Both the position numbers and the translations under genes were made by a program. From assembly GCF_009914755.1 (NCBI RefSeq), contig NC_060936.1: 64,000 nt of DNA; one strand, written 5' to 3'. The notes below the pieces were generated by a model. It searched no databases. It was not told the origin of the DNA and saw only the letters and a list, made by a program, of their open reading frames with translations. Source of the stretch: the human T2T-CHM13v2.0 reference genome, Homo sapiens. Below are positions 1 to 15,038 of this stretch, piece after piece. How positions within the stretch are numbered: position 1 is the first letter of the stretch; each line of letters begins with the position of its first letter.

Positions 1-372
1 ACCATGTTGGCCAGGCTGGTCTCGAACTCCTGACCTCATGATCCGCCTGTCTCAGCCTCCCAAAGTGCTGGGATTACAGGTGTGAGCCACCACACCTGGC
101 CTATTATTCCCCTTTTAACCTCCTTTTTTGAAATTGACTTATCTTTTCATTGACTACTTTTCCGTAATCACTTTAGAAAGAGTTTGTCACAGCTAGAAAA
201 AGTTCCAGCTAACATTTTTAACATTTAAAAACATTTTCTGGCTCACGCCTGTAATCCCAGCACTTTGGGAGGCCGAGGCAGGCTGATCACTTGAGGCCAG
301 GAGTTGGAGACTGGCCTGACCAACATGATGAAACCCTGTCTCTACTAAATATACACTAATCCCAGCTACTCA

Positions 373-579
<207 letters not shown>

Positions 580-786
580 CTAAGAATGTAGTTTTTGTAT
601 GTGTGTTTTTTTTTGTTTTTTTGCTTTTTTGTTTGAGATGGAGTTTTGCTCTTGTTGCCCAGGCTGGAGTGAAATGGTGCCATCTCTGCTCACTGCAGAT
701 TGGCGCCTGGGATTACAGGCGCATGCCACCACACCGGGCTAATTTTTGTATTTTTAATAGAGACGAGGTTTCATCATATTGGTTAG

Positions 787-921
<135 letters not shown>

Positions 922-980
922 TAAAAAATTTTCAGGATAAAGGTATTGTGCTATATATAGTAATATTTCTGTTTTTCTAA

Positions 981-1222
<242 letters not shown>

Positions 1223-2143
1223 TAAATGTTTATTAGATGTTTTTATTCTGTACCTCTTGGGATGATCATGTGATTTTCCTTCTTTAATTCATAGATCCAG
1301 TTAATTAGATAGATAGTTGTCTCATGTTAAGCCATTCTTGTATTCCTGGAAGAAAACCTTAATTGTTGGGTTCAGTTGGATATTTATGTGCATCTTTTTA
1401 AAAAATCTATTTCCATCGGTGACTTCAGTTTATTTATTTATTGTTTTAAATAGAGTCTCGCTCTGTCTCCCAGGTTGGAGTGCAGTGGCAAGATTTCAGT
1501 TGACTGCAACCTCCGCCTCCCACGTTCAAGCGATTTTTGTGCTTTGCCTCCTGAGTAGCTAATTTTGTTTTGTATTTTTCTTAGAGACAGAGTTTGGCCA
1601 GCCTGGTCATAAAGACAATGTTGGCCAGGCTGGTCTTGAACTTTTGGCCTCAAGTGATCCACCCGCCTAGGCCTCCCAAAGTACTGGGATAACAGGCGTG
1701 AGCCACCGCACCCAGCCAGTAACTTGAGTATATGATTCTCTTTTCTTATATGGTCTTAATCTGATTTTGAAATAAAGAGTAAAGCAGCTTCTCCTCTTTT
1801 CTAGAAAAACTTATTTGTTAAAAGGATTATTTGTTCTTTGAAGTCTTGGTAAAACTCACTGTAAAACCTGATCCGCCTAAAGCTTTTTTCTTTGGATAAG
1901 GTCTTTAATTACCAATTTATTTATAGATATTTATCTGTTCATACTTAATTTATTTTCCCAATTTTGACATTTTATATTTTCTAAAAACCATCTATTTATT
2001 TTTATTTTTGTTTTTTCTTATTCTTCTTCTTACCAAAAACGATCTAATTCATTTATTATTAAATGTATTAGTCTATAATTGACCATCATATGGTTTTCTA
2101 TTTCTGTTGTATCTGTAGTAGTTCTCTTAATTTCATTATGTAA

Positions 2144-2431
<288 letters not shown>

Positions 2432-2543
2432 TAGAGATTTTTTAGGCCAGGCGCAGTGGCTCATGCCTGTAATCCCAGCATTTTGGGAGGCCAAGGCGAG
2501 GCGAGCGGATCATGAGGTCAGGAGATTGAGACCATCCTGGCTA

Positions 2544-2729
<186 letters not shown>

Positions 2730-3419
2730 TCAAAAAAAAAAAAAAAAAGAAATCTTAGAGACTTTTTTATCTTACTAATCTTTATAAATAAGATAACAAA
2801 AATAAGTCCCAATATGACTGAAATTACGATAAATATTAATCCGTTATGTTGATCAATAAGAAAGCAGAAACTCAGATTGGATCTCAGACTGGATTTAAAA
2901 ATTGAGGTCTAGCAATACACTATCTCTATACTATGAGATACGCTTAAAATGAAAGTATATGGGCAAGTTGTAAGTAAAAAGAAGTAAATAATACCAGCAC
3001 TTTGGGAGGCCGATGCGGGCGGATCACGAGGTCAGGAGTTCGAGACCAGCCTGACCAACATGGTGAAACCCCGTTTCTACCAAAAATACAAAAATTAGCC
3101 AGGCATGGTGGTGTGCACCTGTAAACCCCGCTACTCAGGAGGCTGAGGCAGAAGAATCACTTGAACCCAGGAGGCGGAGGTTGCAGTGAGCCCAGATTGT
3201 GCCACTGCACTCCAGCTTGGGTGACAGAGCAAGACTCCGTCTCAAAAAAAAAAAAAAGATATAAATAGACATTTCATCCTAATATGAACACACACTCACA
3301 TACCAGGAACAAACCAGGTAGCTATTTCCTATCAGATGAATTCAAACTAGAAATCAAGGCAAAAAGTATATCAGGGACAAAGCATAAGAAATAGGCTTGG
3401 TGCTGACCATCAGGAGCTC

Positions 3420-3563
3420 AGCCAAGTGGAGATATCAAGTAGATAGTTGGATATATAGCACTAGAATTCAGGGGCAAAGCTCAGAGGCAAAGTCAGAGCT
3501 GAGATATACATTTGGAGTCATCAGCATGTATATGGTATTTAAAGCCATAAGACTGGGTGAGAT
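3420..3563 (-). mobile_element. L2 LINE fragment
   Basis: Reverse complement resembles the L2 consensus (atctcacccagtcttatggctttaaataccat...gctgatgactcc). Confidence 0.65.
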
Positions 3564-3604
3564 GCCGGGCGTGGTGACTCACACCCAGCACTTTGGGAGG
3601 CTGA

Positions 3605-4980
3605 GATGGGAAATAAATCAGACTAAAACTCAGGGACCTTCTACCTCCGTAAAATTTCTAGGGGTCCAGTGGTGTGGGGTCTGTCAAGATATTCCTTCTA
3701 AAGTGAAGGATAAGTTGTTGCATTTGCCCCTCCTACAACCAAGAAAGAGTCACAATGCCTAGTGGGCCTATTTGGATTTTGGGGGCAACACATTCCTCAT
3801 TTGGGTGTGTTACTCCGGCCCATTTATTGACTGACCTGAAAGGCTGCCAGTTTTGAGTGGGTTCCAGAACAGGAGAAGGCTCTGCAACAGGTCCATTTTG
3901 CTGTGCAAGCTACTCTGCCATTTGGGCCATATGACCCAGCAGATCCAATGGTGCTTGAGGTGTCCGTGGCAGATAGGGATGCTGTTTGGAGCCTTTGGCA
4001 GGCCCCCATGGGTGAATCACAGCGGAGGTCTGTAGGATTTTGGAATAAGGCCCTGCCATCTTCTGTAGATAACTACTTTCATTTTGAGAGACAGCTCTTG
4101 GCCTGCTACTGGGCTTTGGTGGAAACTGAACATTTGACTATGGGTCATCAAGTCACCATGCGACCTGAACTGCCTATCATGAACTGGGTGCTTTCTGACC
4201 CATCCAGCTTTAAAATGGGTCATGCACAGCAGCATTCTGTCATCATATGGAAGTGGTATATACATGATCGGGCTCGAGCAGGTCCTGAAGGCACAAGTTA
4301 CATGAGGAAGTGGCTCAAATGCCCATGGTCTCCACTTCTGCCACCCTGCCTTCTCTTCCCCAGCCTGCACCGATGGCCTCATGGGGAGTTCTCTATGATC
4401 AGTTGACAGAGGAAGAGAAGACTAGGGCCTGGTTCCAGATGGTTCTACACAATATGCAGGTACCACCTGAAAGTGGACAGCTGCAGCACTATAGCCCCTT
4501 TCTAGGACATCCCTGAAGGAGAGCAGTGAAGGGAAACCTTCCCAGTCGGCAGAACTTTGAGCAGTGCGCCTAGTTGTGCACTTTGCATGGAAGGAGAAAT
4601 GGCCAGATGTGTGATTATATACTGATTCATGGGCTTTGGCCAATGGTTTGGCTGGATGGTCAGGGACTTGGGAGAAGAATGATTGGAACATTGGTGACAA
4701 AGAAATTTGAGGCTGGGCATGGTGGCTCACACCTGTAATCCCAGCACTTTGGGAGGCCGAAGTGGGTGGATCACGAGGTCAGGAGATTGAGACCATCCTG
4801 GCTAACACAGTGAAACCCCATCTCTACTAAAAATACAAAAAATTAGCCGGGCTAGGTGGCAGGCACCTGTAGTCCCAGCTACTCGGGAGGCTGAGGCAGG
4901 AGAATGGCATGAACCCGGGAGGCGGAGTTTGCACTGAGCCGAGATTGCCCTCCAGCCTGGGCGACAGAGCAAGACTCTGT

Positions 4981-5011
<31 letters not shown>

Positions 5012-6731
5012 TGGGGAAGAGATATGTGGATGGACCTCTCTGAGTGGTCACAAACTGTGATGATATTTGCATTCCATGTGAGTGCCCACCAGTGGGTGAC
5101 CTTAGCAGAGGAGGAATTAAATAATCAAGTGGATAGGATGATCCGTTCTGTGGACACCACTCAGCCTCTTTCCCCAGCCACCCCTATTATCCCCCAATGG
5201 GCCCACGAAAAAAGTGGCCATGGTGGCAGGACTGGAGGTTATGCGTGGGCTCCGCAACATGGACTTCCACTCACCAAGGCTGACCTGGCTATGGCCACTG
5301 CTGAGTGCCCAATTTGCCAGCAGCAGAGACCAACACTGAGCCCTCGATATGACACCATTCCTCCAGGTGATCAGCCAGCTACCTGGTGGCAGTTTGATTA
5401 TATTGGACTGCTTCCATCATAGGAAGGGCAGAGGTTTGTCCTCACTGGAATAGACACTTACTCCGGATATGGGTTTGCCTATCTTGCACGCAGTGCTTCC
5501 GCCAAGACTACCATCTGTGGACTCACAGAATGCCTTTTCTACCATCACGGTATCCCACACAGCATTGCCTCTGACCAAGACACTCACTTTACAGCTAAAG
5601 AAGTGCAGCAATGGGCTCATGCTCATGGAATTCACTGGTGTTACCATGTTCCTCATCATCCTGAAGCAGCTGGATTGATAGCATGGTGGAATGGCCTTTT
5701 GAAGTCACAATTATAATGCCAACTAGGTGACAATACTTTGCAGGTCTGGGGCAAAATTCTCCAGAAGGCCATGTATGCTCTGAATCAGCATCTAATATAT
5801 GGGACTGTTTCTCCCATAGCCAAGACTCACAGGTCCAGGAATCAAGGTGGAAGTGGAAGTGGCACCACTCACCATCACCCCTAGTGATCCACTAGCAACA
5901 TTTTTGCTTCTTCTTCCCACAACATTATGTTCTGCTGGGCCTAGAGGTCTTAGTTCCAGAGGGAGGAACGCTGCCATCAGGAGACAGAACAACGATTCCA
6001 TTAAACTGGAAGTTAAGATTGCCACCTGGACACTTTGGGCTCCTCCTACCTTTAAGTCAACAGGGAGTTACAGTGTTGCCTGGGGTGACTGACCCGGACT
6101 ATCAAGATGAAATCTGATATAAGTCTACTGCTCCACAATGGAGATACGGAAGAGTATGCATGGATACAGGAGATCCATTAAGGCATCTCTTAGTATTACC
6201 ATGCCCTGTGATTAAGGTCAATGGGAAACTACAACAGCCCAATCCAGGCAGGACTACAAATGGTCCAGACCCTTCAAGAATGAAGGTTTGGGTCACTCCA
6301 CCAGGAAAAAAACCATGACCTGCTGAGGTGTTTGCTGAAGGCAGAGGGAATACAGAATGGGTAGTAGAAGAAGATAGTCATCAATACCAGCTACAACCAT
6401 GTGACCAGCTACAGAAATGAGGACTGTCATTGTCATGAGTATTTCCTCCTTCTTTTGTTAAAAACATGTTTGTGTGTATATACACTTGTACTAAGAAACT
6501 ATTTTCATTTTATTTCCTTTTCCTTTATCATGTGACATAAGATTTATTGACTTCATATCAGCATTTAAGTATTGTTAACTTTATATAACAGTATTTGGGT
6601 TGGGGATTGGTGTCTTTCTGGTTGTACAAGGGATAGTCATATTATGTTAAGTGTAATTATGATATTATTGTTTTTATTTGAAGATTATGTATGATCTCAG
6701 GAGATGTGTTCAAGTTGACAAGGGGTGGACT
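3605..6731 (+). mobile_element. HERV-L (ERVL) internal region, 5'-truncated and decayed: RT C-terminus/connection, RNase H, integrase, dUTPase, polypurine tract
   Basis: Motifs seen: [10 protein letters not shown]; FERQLLACYWAL; YTDSWALANG; integrase zinc finger (AHEKSGHGG...CPICQQ), QFDYIG, IDTYSG, ASDQ; dUTPase-like IPLNWKLRLPPGHFGLL and GVTVLPGVTDPDYQDEI; PPT gacaaggggtggac abutting the LTR. Multiple stops and frameshifts. Confidence 0.92.
4711..5009 (+). mobile_element. AluY inserted into HERV-L pol
   Basis: AluY diagnostics (gaccatcctggctaacac, gaatggcatgaacccggg) and a long A tail. Flanked by an aaatttg duplication, with HERV-L sequence resuming after it. Confidence 0.88.
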
Positions 6732-7173
6732 TGTGATGGTTAATACTGAGTGTCAACTTGATTGGATTGAAGGATGCAAAGTACTGATCCCGCATGTGCC
6801 TGTGAGGATGTTGCCAAAGGAGATTAACATTTGAGTCAGTGGGCTGGAAAAGGCAGACCCACCCTTAACTGGGTGGGCACAATCTAATCAGCTTCCAGTG
6901 AATATAAAGCAGGCAGAAAAATGTGAAAAGGAGAGAGATGAGAGACGGGCCTAGCCTCCCAGCCTATACCTTTCTCCCATGCCGGATGCTTCCTGACCTT
7001 GAACATTGAACTCCAAGTTCTTCAGTTTTGGGACTTGCACTGGCTCTCCTTGCTCCTCAGCTTGTAGACAGCTTATTGTGCAACCTTGTGATTGTGTAAG
7101 TTAATACTTAATAAACTCCCCTTTATATATATCCTATTAGTTCTGTCCCTCTAAGAGAAGCCTGACTAATACA
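6732..7173 (+). mobile_element. MLT2A-type (length fits MLT2A1) 3' LTR of HERV-L, 442 bp
   Basis: Starts TGTGATGGTTAATACTGAGTGTCAACTTGATTGG and ends CCTGACTAATACA. TATA-like aatataaa at 6901 and AATAAA at 7110..7115. Directly follows the PPT. Confidence 0.9.
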
Positions 7174-7215
7174 ATCCCCGTGTTGGAAGCCTGGCCCTCC
7201 GCTGTACAGAGTTAT

Positions 7216-8083
7216 TGAGGAAGGAGAACAGGGTCTGGAGGCAGCAAACCTAAGGCTGCACGCCAACTTCCTAGAACTAAATGAAAAGGAAACCCCTAAC
7301 TTTCCACACACCTAAGTAACAAAAGGACCAGAGGCTACTCCCTTTAACCTTTTTCTGTGAGGCAGATGGGAAATTGGCTGCCCTCAATGAATCAGACTGA
7401 TTGCAGGCCAGTCTTTGTTTGCATAAAAGTGTAACTTTGAGACCTGGCGTGGTGGCTCATGCCTGTAATCCCAGCACTTTGGGACGGCAAGGCAGGTGGA
7501 TCACCTCAGGCTGGGAGTTCGAAACCGCCTGACCAACATGGAGAAACACTGTCTCTACTAAAAATACAAAATTAGCCAGGCATGGTGGTGCATGCCTGTA
7601 AACCCAGCTACTCGGGAAGCTGAGGCAGGAGAATCGCTTGAACCTGGGAGGCAGAATTTCAAGAACCGAGATCGCACCATGGCACTCCAGCCTGGGCAAC
7701 AAGAGCGAAACTCTGTCTCAAAAAAAAAAAAAAAATAGGAGTATAAGTTTGTAACTTCACCCTAGCCTCTGATTGGTTGCTTTTTGCTGCAACCAATCAG
7801 ACTGATTGCAGGCTACCGCTTTATTTACATGAGGTGAGCATGAAGTGATCAATAGGCAACTTCTAGAGGGTATTTGGACCCAAGAAGATTCTGTATCCAG
7901 GTCCTTGAGCAGCTGCTCGGGCCACTCCTGCACTGTGGAGTGTACTTTTGTTCTCAATAAATCCCTGCTTTCGTTCTTCTGTTGCTTCATTCTTTATTTG
8001 CTTTGCTGGGCATTTTGCCCAATTCTTTGTTCAAAATGCCAAGAACCTGGACAACTTGCAGTCACAACCCTCTACTGGTAACA
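7216..8083 (+). mobile_element. MER51-type ERV1 solo LTR, interrupted by an AluS (about 7440..7735)
   Basis: TG...CA ends (TGAGGAAGGAGAACAGGGTCTGGAGGCAG ... CTGGTAACA), 4-bp TSD TTAT at 7212..7215 and 8084..8087, caatcagactgattg/CCAAT motifs, and AATAAA near 7976. Confidence 0.8.
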
Positions 8084-8458
8084 TTATGATTTCCCTTCAT
8101 TACCAATCATAACCACCTTCTAATTCTTCAGGGGTGTCTGCTGGTTTTTAGTTTCCTTCATTATACTCATTTATTTCTTCCTTCTGAGGCATCTTCGGGT
8201 TTAGACTGGGAAAGGCAGACTGTGCCACTTTGCCATCATGTTAGGGGCCCATAATGATGTCCCTTTCATGACTCAGCCTACCCCAGGGTTGTTGAACCTT
8301 TGTGTTTCCAGTAATGTAGAGCAGAAGATACTCTTTCTTGAGTGGTCATAGTAGTAGCCCAGAAATGAAGATGTTCAACCTGAAGAACTGCAAGGAGAAT
8401 ATAAAAGCAAAGGAAAGACAAAGCAATATATACGCATGAAAGAGAACAAAATAGGCAT

Positions 8459-8505
8459 TTTACTGAAAGATACTGAAATGTACTTTCAACATGCTTGTAT
8501 TTAAT
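8459..8505 (-). terminator. Candidate FAM186A polyadenylation signals in a short 3' UTR: ATTAAA (8500..8505) and AGTAAA (8459..8464)
   Basis: Variant hexamers on the minus strand just after the stop codon, followed by T-rich minus-strand sequence. Which one is used cannot be told from sequence. Confidence 0.5.
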
Positions 8506-8512
8506 TTTACAG

Positions 8513-8534
8513 TCATTTGGGAATCTTCTTAACC
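8513..8534 (-). CDS. FAM186A: FAM186A terminal coding exon portion, (R)VKKIPK-stop
   Basis: Acceptor cttgtctcatttccag|G GTT AAG AAG ATT CCC AAA TGA. Completes the CG+G arginine codon; stop at 8513..8515. Confidence 0.85.
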
Positions 8535-8599
8535 CTGGAAATGAGACAAGAAAATTAACCTCATTATAAATTGCTTTAAACACATTTGTGGGAATATAG

Positions 8600-8893
<294 letters not shown>

Positions 8894-9581
8894 TGAACTC
8901 TTGAGCTCAAGCAATCTACCCGCCTTGGCCTCCCAAAGTGCTGGGATTACAGGTGTGAGCCACTGTGCCTGGCCTGTAATCCATATATATAAAGTTACAT
9001 AAAGGTGACAGAATGCCTTGAAGACCCAAAATCGGGAAGAAAAGGACTTGGCAATAGCTTATTGCTTATTAGACAGTATTCTTATACCTAAAGTTAGAAC
9101 ATGGCTTAAATATTGATAATTAATGATTGTTATTTCCAAGGATAGACCTGTCTGTATTTTTTAAATTTTCAGTGAACATGCATTACTTAGGCAATTGGAA
9201 AAAACTGAATATTATTTTAATGGAATTTTTGTAGGAAAATAATTATATAAATATACAAAGTACTTCAAAGATATTTGGTGTAGCATTGTTTGCAATGTTG
9301 AAAAATATCCAAATTTCTATCAGTAGGAGAACAATTCAATAAATTATGATATATCTATACAATGGGCCAGGTGTGCCTGTAATCCCAGCTACTTGGGAGA
9401 CTAAAGCAGGAGGGGATCACTTGACCCCAGAAGTTCAAGGTTACAGTGAGCTATGATTGTGCCACTGCACTCTAGCCTGAATGACAGAGCACGACCACGT
9501 CTCTAAAAACAAACAAAAATACAGATCTACAATGAATATCACACAACCAACAAAATGATGATGTAGCTCTATATTTATTAG

Positions 9582-9815
<234 letters not shown>

Positions 9816-9897
9816 TAGTAGAGACAGGGTTTCACCAAGTTGGCCAGGCTGGTCTCAAACTCCTGGCCTCAAGTAATCCACCTGCCTCAGCCTCTCA

Positions 9898-10101
<204 letters not shown>

Positions 10102-10666
10102 CTAGGCATGGTGGCATGCACCTGTAGTCCCAGCTACTTGGGGAGGCTGAGGCAGGAGAATCACTTGAACCCAGGAGGCAGAGGTTGCAGTGAGCCAAGA
10201 TTGCACCACTGCACTCTAGCATGGACGACAGAGGAAGACTCCGTCTCGAAAATGAATAAATAAATAAAAATAAAATAGTAAACTGGAAATAAGAGTCTGC
10301 AGGGATTTAGCATGAGTAAGAAGTGGTTAGGTCAGAAGGATATCTGACACTTGAAGCTAGTAATGGAATGTAAGGAAAATGAAACTTAAAAATTTACATA
10401 TTTTGTCCCAAAGCCCTATAATCATTAAATTAACAATATTATCTCTCAAAATAACCTAAATTAATTAATTTAATCGCTATAAAAGGGAAAATCAGAGACC
10501 AGAAAAAATGTTGCTTTCTGATTATAACCTAAGAGTCATGCTTATTCAACTTAATGGTTACATTTGGTTTAATAACTGTTTTCCATAAACTCGTGCTCAT
10601 GATATATGACTTTATACTGTATACATCAAATAGTAATATTTTTCTTAATATTTTCCTGTATTATAG

Positions 10667-11048
<382 letters not shown>

Positions 11049-11700
11049 TAGATTTCACCAAAATAAATCAGACTGCTCCTGTGAACTCTTGCAGATTAAC
11101 AAAAGTTCGATTTTCTAAATTCTTGATTTAGAATATTAAATAATTATCTGTCCTGAAAGAGTTAATGCAGACTCTAAAGCCCTTATTTCCTCTGGAATAA
11201 TTTCTAGTGGTTTAAGTGAGAATCTGGTTCAACAGATTTTGGAAATGTGGAGTCATCTCTTCAGTGTATCCTAGGAAGTAAACACCTAATTTACTCAATT
11301 TGGGTCTAGATATGATAATTGCACTTAAGCTCATGTCACTGAATCATAATATGGAGAAAAGCATTCTACAATGGTCTTTCTGGTACTTCTATTAACAAAT
11401 CCCCAAGGATGGAATTAAAAGTGGACCTATCTAGTGTTAGATTAGATTCATGGTATTATAACTGGTTTTTTGTTTGTTTTACATTATTCAGTGGTGACAT
11501 CTATAGGCCTATGATTAGAAACACTAACAGACTAATGCTGAATTTACCTGTACTATTTTATGACTGGTGTGAGTCTAACCTCATACCAAACATTACTTTT
11601 GGTTGATGTACCTGGTGCTACAGGAGAAAGTCAAGTTAGGGAACCAAAAGGTATATGATCAAAGGCCCAATTACCAGAGTGCTTCCAGTCCATAACTTAC

Positions 11701-11886
11701 CGTGATTGGAGGGATGCAAGAGATTTTCGGAAGGTAGACTGCACTTCTAACTGAAGCAGCCTGGGAATATCTGGGTACCCACCCAGCTGGGCCCAGAGTG
11801 AATGCATAGATGTCTTCTCTGCTATTGGGTAGCTTGAAGTGGACAGATCAACATTCCAGATGGCCTCTGTCTGGTCCTCTTGTTGC
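11701..11886 (-). CDS. FAM186A: FAM186A coding exon (probably exon 7), 186 nt, QQEDQTEAIWNVDLSTSSYPIAEK...LGGYPDIPRLLQLEVQSTFRKSLASLQSR
   Basis: Acceptor gattctgtag| and donor TCACG|gtaagt. Stop-free by manual translation; phase 2 to 2. Confidence 0.91.
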
Positions 11887-12389
11887 CTACAGAATCAGCA
11901 TAAATTGGGAACGCCAAATTCTCCTGAGCTCCATAGCCCATCAAAATATATCTTATTCTCCCCTCTTCACTGCCACCTTGTCCTATAATGCCTTCCCCTT
12001 GCACTGACCAGCATTAGCTATGCCCACTTTGACAGAGAGATGGATGAAAAAGCAGAATTCGCTGAGTTACCAAAGCTGCATTTGCATGGCTTCACCTAGT
12101 AATCCATTTTAAAACTACCATTTTAGCTTCATGGCGTAGAGAGACCACATAACTTGCCCCCTTCCTTCCCAAAGCTCCTGCCTCCTTAAAAAAAAATAGA
12201 AGAAAAAGAGAAGATAATGCTTCTAAGTTTCTTTATTAAATATTCTTAAAAGAATTTGTTTTTTAGTAAGAAAGAATCAGCTTTATTTTTAGAGGAACTC
12301 ACAATCCAATGTTAAATATTTAAGTAGAAATATATGTAAATTAACCTCTTGCCAATTTAGCTAAGGGAATTAATACTCTTTTTTTTTGA

Positions 12390-12548
<159 letters not shown>

Positions 12549-12797
12549 TAGTAGAGATGGGGTTTCTCCATGTTAGTCAGGCTGGTCTTGAACTCCCGAC
12601 CTCAGATGAGTCACCTGCCTCGGCCTCCCAAAGTGCTGGGATTACAGGCATGAGCCACCGCGCCCAGCCTAATACTCCTTTAGACTCTCCATTGCACCAT
12701 TTGATAATTGTGGAGAAAGGGAAGTTCTTGGGCAGGGAAAAAAAAATTAGGTCCCACATATCGTCCAAAGTTTAATATCAGTCTTTCTAGCACATAC

Positions 12798-12949
12798 CTA
12801 AATTTCTTGCATATGTCAGAGGTTCTGTCCTCTTCCATTAGTAATTTTAAGAATGGCTTTTGAACAAATGTGGTAGAGGCAGGTATCTGCTTTTCTTCGA
12901 TGATTAAGGGGATAGGTTGACTAAGATTCAATTCATGTATCTTTTTGAG
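12798..12949 (-). CDS. FAM186A: FAM186A coding exon (probably exon 6), 152 nt, LKKIHELNLSQPIPLIIEEKQ...DICKKFR
   Basis: Acceptor ttttttttatag| and donor TTTAG|gtatgt. Overlaps ORF 12680..12931; phase 0 to 2. Confidence 0.92.
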
Positions 12950-13129
12950 CTATAAAAAAAAATAGATCAGAAAAAGGAAACCATGAAAAGAGACAGAATC
13001 TTTAGAAGGGTCTTCAGAGCTGGCCCTAGACTAAACTGTGACTCCTCCTTTTCCATGGATTTGCAAATCCTCTCCCTACTCCACCCACCTCCAACATGCA
13101 TCATTTTAGAGGTGGCAGCTCTGCTACAT

Positions 13130-13580
13130 AAAAACCTTTGTCCTACTTAAGCTTAAGTCCTGGTCCTCTTATTTTCTTGCTGTGAGACTTTGGGATAGTT
13201 GCTTAATTTATCTGCACTTCTTTCTCCTCATTTCTAAAACAGGGATAATAACACAGGGTTGTGAGAATTGTAAAACACAGTATATATGGAAGCACTTTAT
13301 AAATTGTGACGCAGTATGCAACTGTAATGATAGCCAGCATTTACTAAATACTTAGTGAATGTCAGACACTGAACTAAGCATTTTCCATATATTAGCTGAT
13401 TTGGTATTTATAACAACCTTATGCGGTATGTCTTATAATTACCCTTGTCTTACAGCAGGAAAATCTGAGGCTCAGAAAATGTAAGCGGCTTGCATAAAGT
13501 CACTTAGCTAGTATGTAGCTAGCCTGATTTGAACCCAGACAATCTGGTAGCGGAGCTAGCCATCTTGACCACCATGCTGA
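13130..13580. mobile_element. Two MIR SINE fragments in opposite orientations
   Basis: MIR core-like text on both strands: gctgtgagactttgggatagttgcttaatt...aaaacagggataata, and tacagcaggaaaatctgaggctcagaaa...gatttgaacccagac. Confidence 0.7.
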
Positions 13581-13893
13581 TTCAGTGCAAAGTATTCATT
13601 CATATCTAACCTCTTATCCCTTTTGCTTTTTTTGTCTCCTTTCTCCAAGCCTTGATACCCATACCTCATCCTCTGGATTCTGGCTTCCCTGGCCCCAGAC
13701 CCTTATTCCTCCTCTGAAATGCCCTAGGCATTGTGATTCCTGTTAGATAACGCATGTTGCTGCCAACCCATCTTGCTTTACTCTATGTACATTGGCCATA
13801 TTTGCCAAATCAAAAAAAGGAGAATATTCATTTTTTTGACAAAGAGCTGTAATATTTAAAATATAACTGTTCTGGGCCGGGCACGGTGGCTCA

Positions 13894-14148
<255 letters not shown>

Positions 14149-14688
14149 TCATCTCAAAAATAAATAAATAAATAAATAATAAAATAAAATATAACAGTTC
14201 TGAAAATTTACAATATATGTTTGACTTGGATTAGGCTCTGATGAGAAGCCTCTCTGTACCTTCCAAAGTAGCAAGTAAACTAATCTTATAAATTAATCGA
14301 TTTTAAGGAAAGACAAGGATATACAGATATAAAATGTTTCTAGAACCACAGCTTGTAATATTTACTATAAGAACTCAGGCCAGGCGTGGTGGCTCACGCC
14401 TGTAATCCCAACACTTTGGGAGGTTGAGGCGGGTGGATCACCTGAGGTCAGGAATTCGAAACCAGCCTGGCCAACATGGTGAAACCCCATCTCTACTAAA
14501 AATATAAAATTTAGCTGGGCATGGTGGTGGGCGCCTGTAATCCCATCTACTCGGGAGGCTGAATCAGGAGAATCTCTTGAATCCAGGAGGTGGAGTTTGC
14601 ACCGAGTCGAAATAGTGCCACTGTACTCCCTGGGAGACAGAGCAAGACTGTCTCAAAAAAACGAAAAACAAAGCAAAACAAAAAAAAA

Positions 14689-14948
14689 GGCCATTTGAAA
14701 GATGGAGGCGGAGATTGGAATTATGTGGCTACAAACTGAGGAATGCTAAGGATTGCCCATAGCCACCACAATCTAGGAGAGAAGCATGCAACAGAATGCC
14801 CTCTCAGAGCTTCTAGAAGGAACCAACCTGGCAGACACCCTGATTTCACTAACTTCTGGCCTCTAGAACTGTGAGAGAGTAAATTTCTGTTGTTTTAAGC
14901 TATGAAGTTTGTGGTAATTTGTTACAGCAGCCCAGGAAAGTAATATGA
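14689..14948 (+). mobile_element. MLT1 (MaLR) LTR 3' part, about 90 bp from an exon donor
   Basis: gaggcggagattgga...cttctggcctctagaactgtgagagagtaaatttctgttgttttaagc...ttgttacagcagccc is a typical MLT1 3' end. Confidence 0.75.
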
Positions 14949-15038
14949 CATGGTGTCTCCAGGTAAATGTCATTTACAAAGCTTACCACTTTCATGTTTT
15001 TACAACATGCTGGACAGAGGGAGTGGAAAGCAGGTTAC

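Noticed and set aside
3397-6300. Functional or domesticated HERV-L pol, integrase or dUTPase gene
   Set aside because: The region is fragmented by stops, frameshifts and an AluY. The RT catalytic core is missing, the integrase has TAG at 5420, and the catalytic Glu position reads Ala (LIAWWNG).
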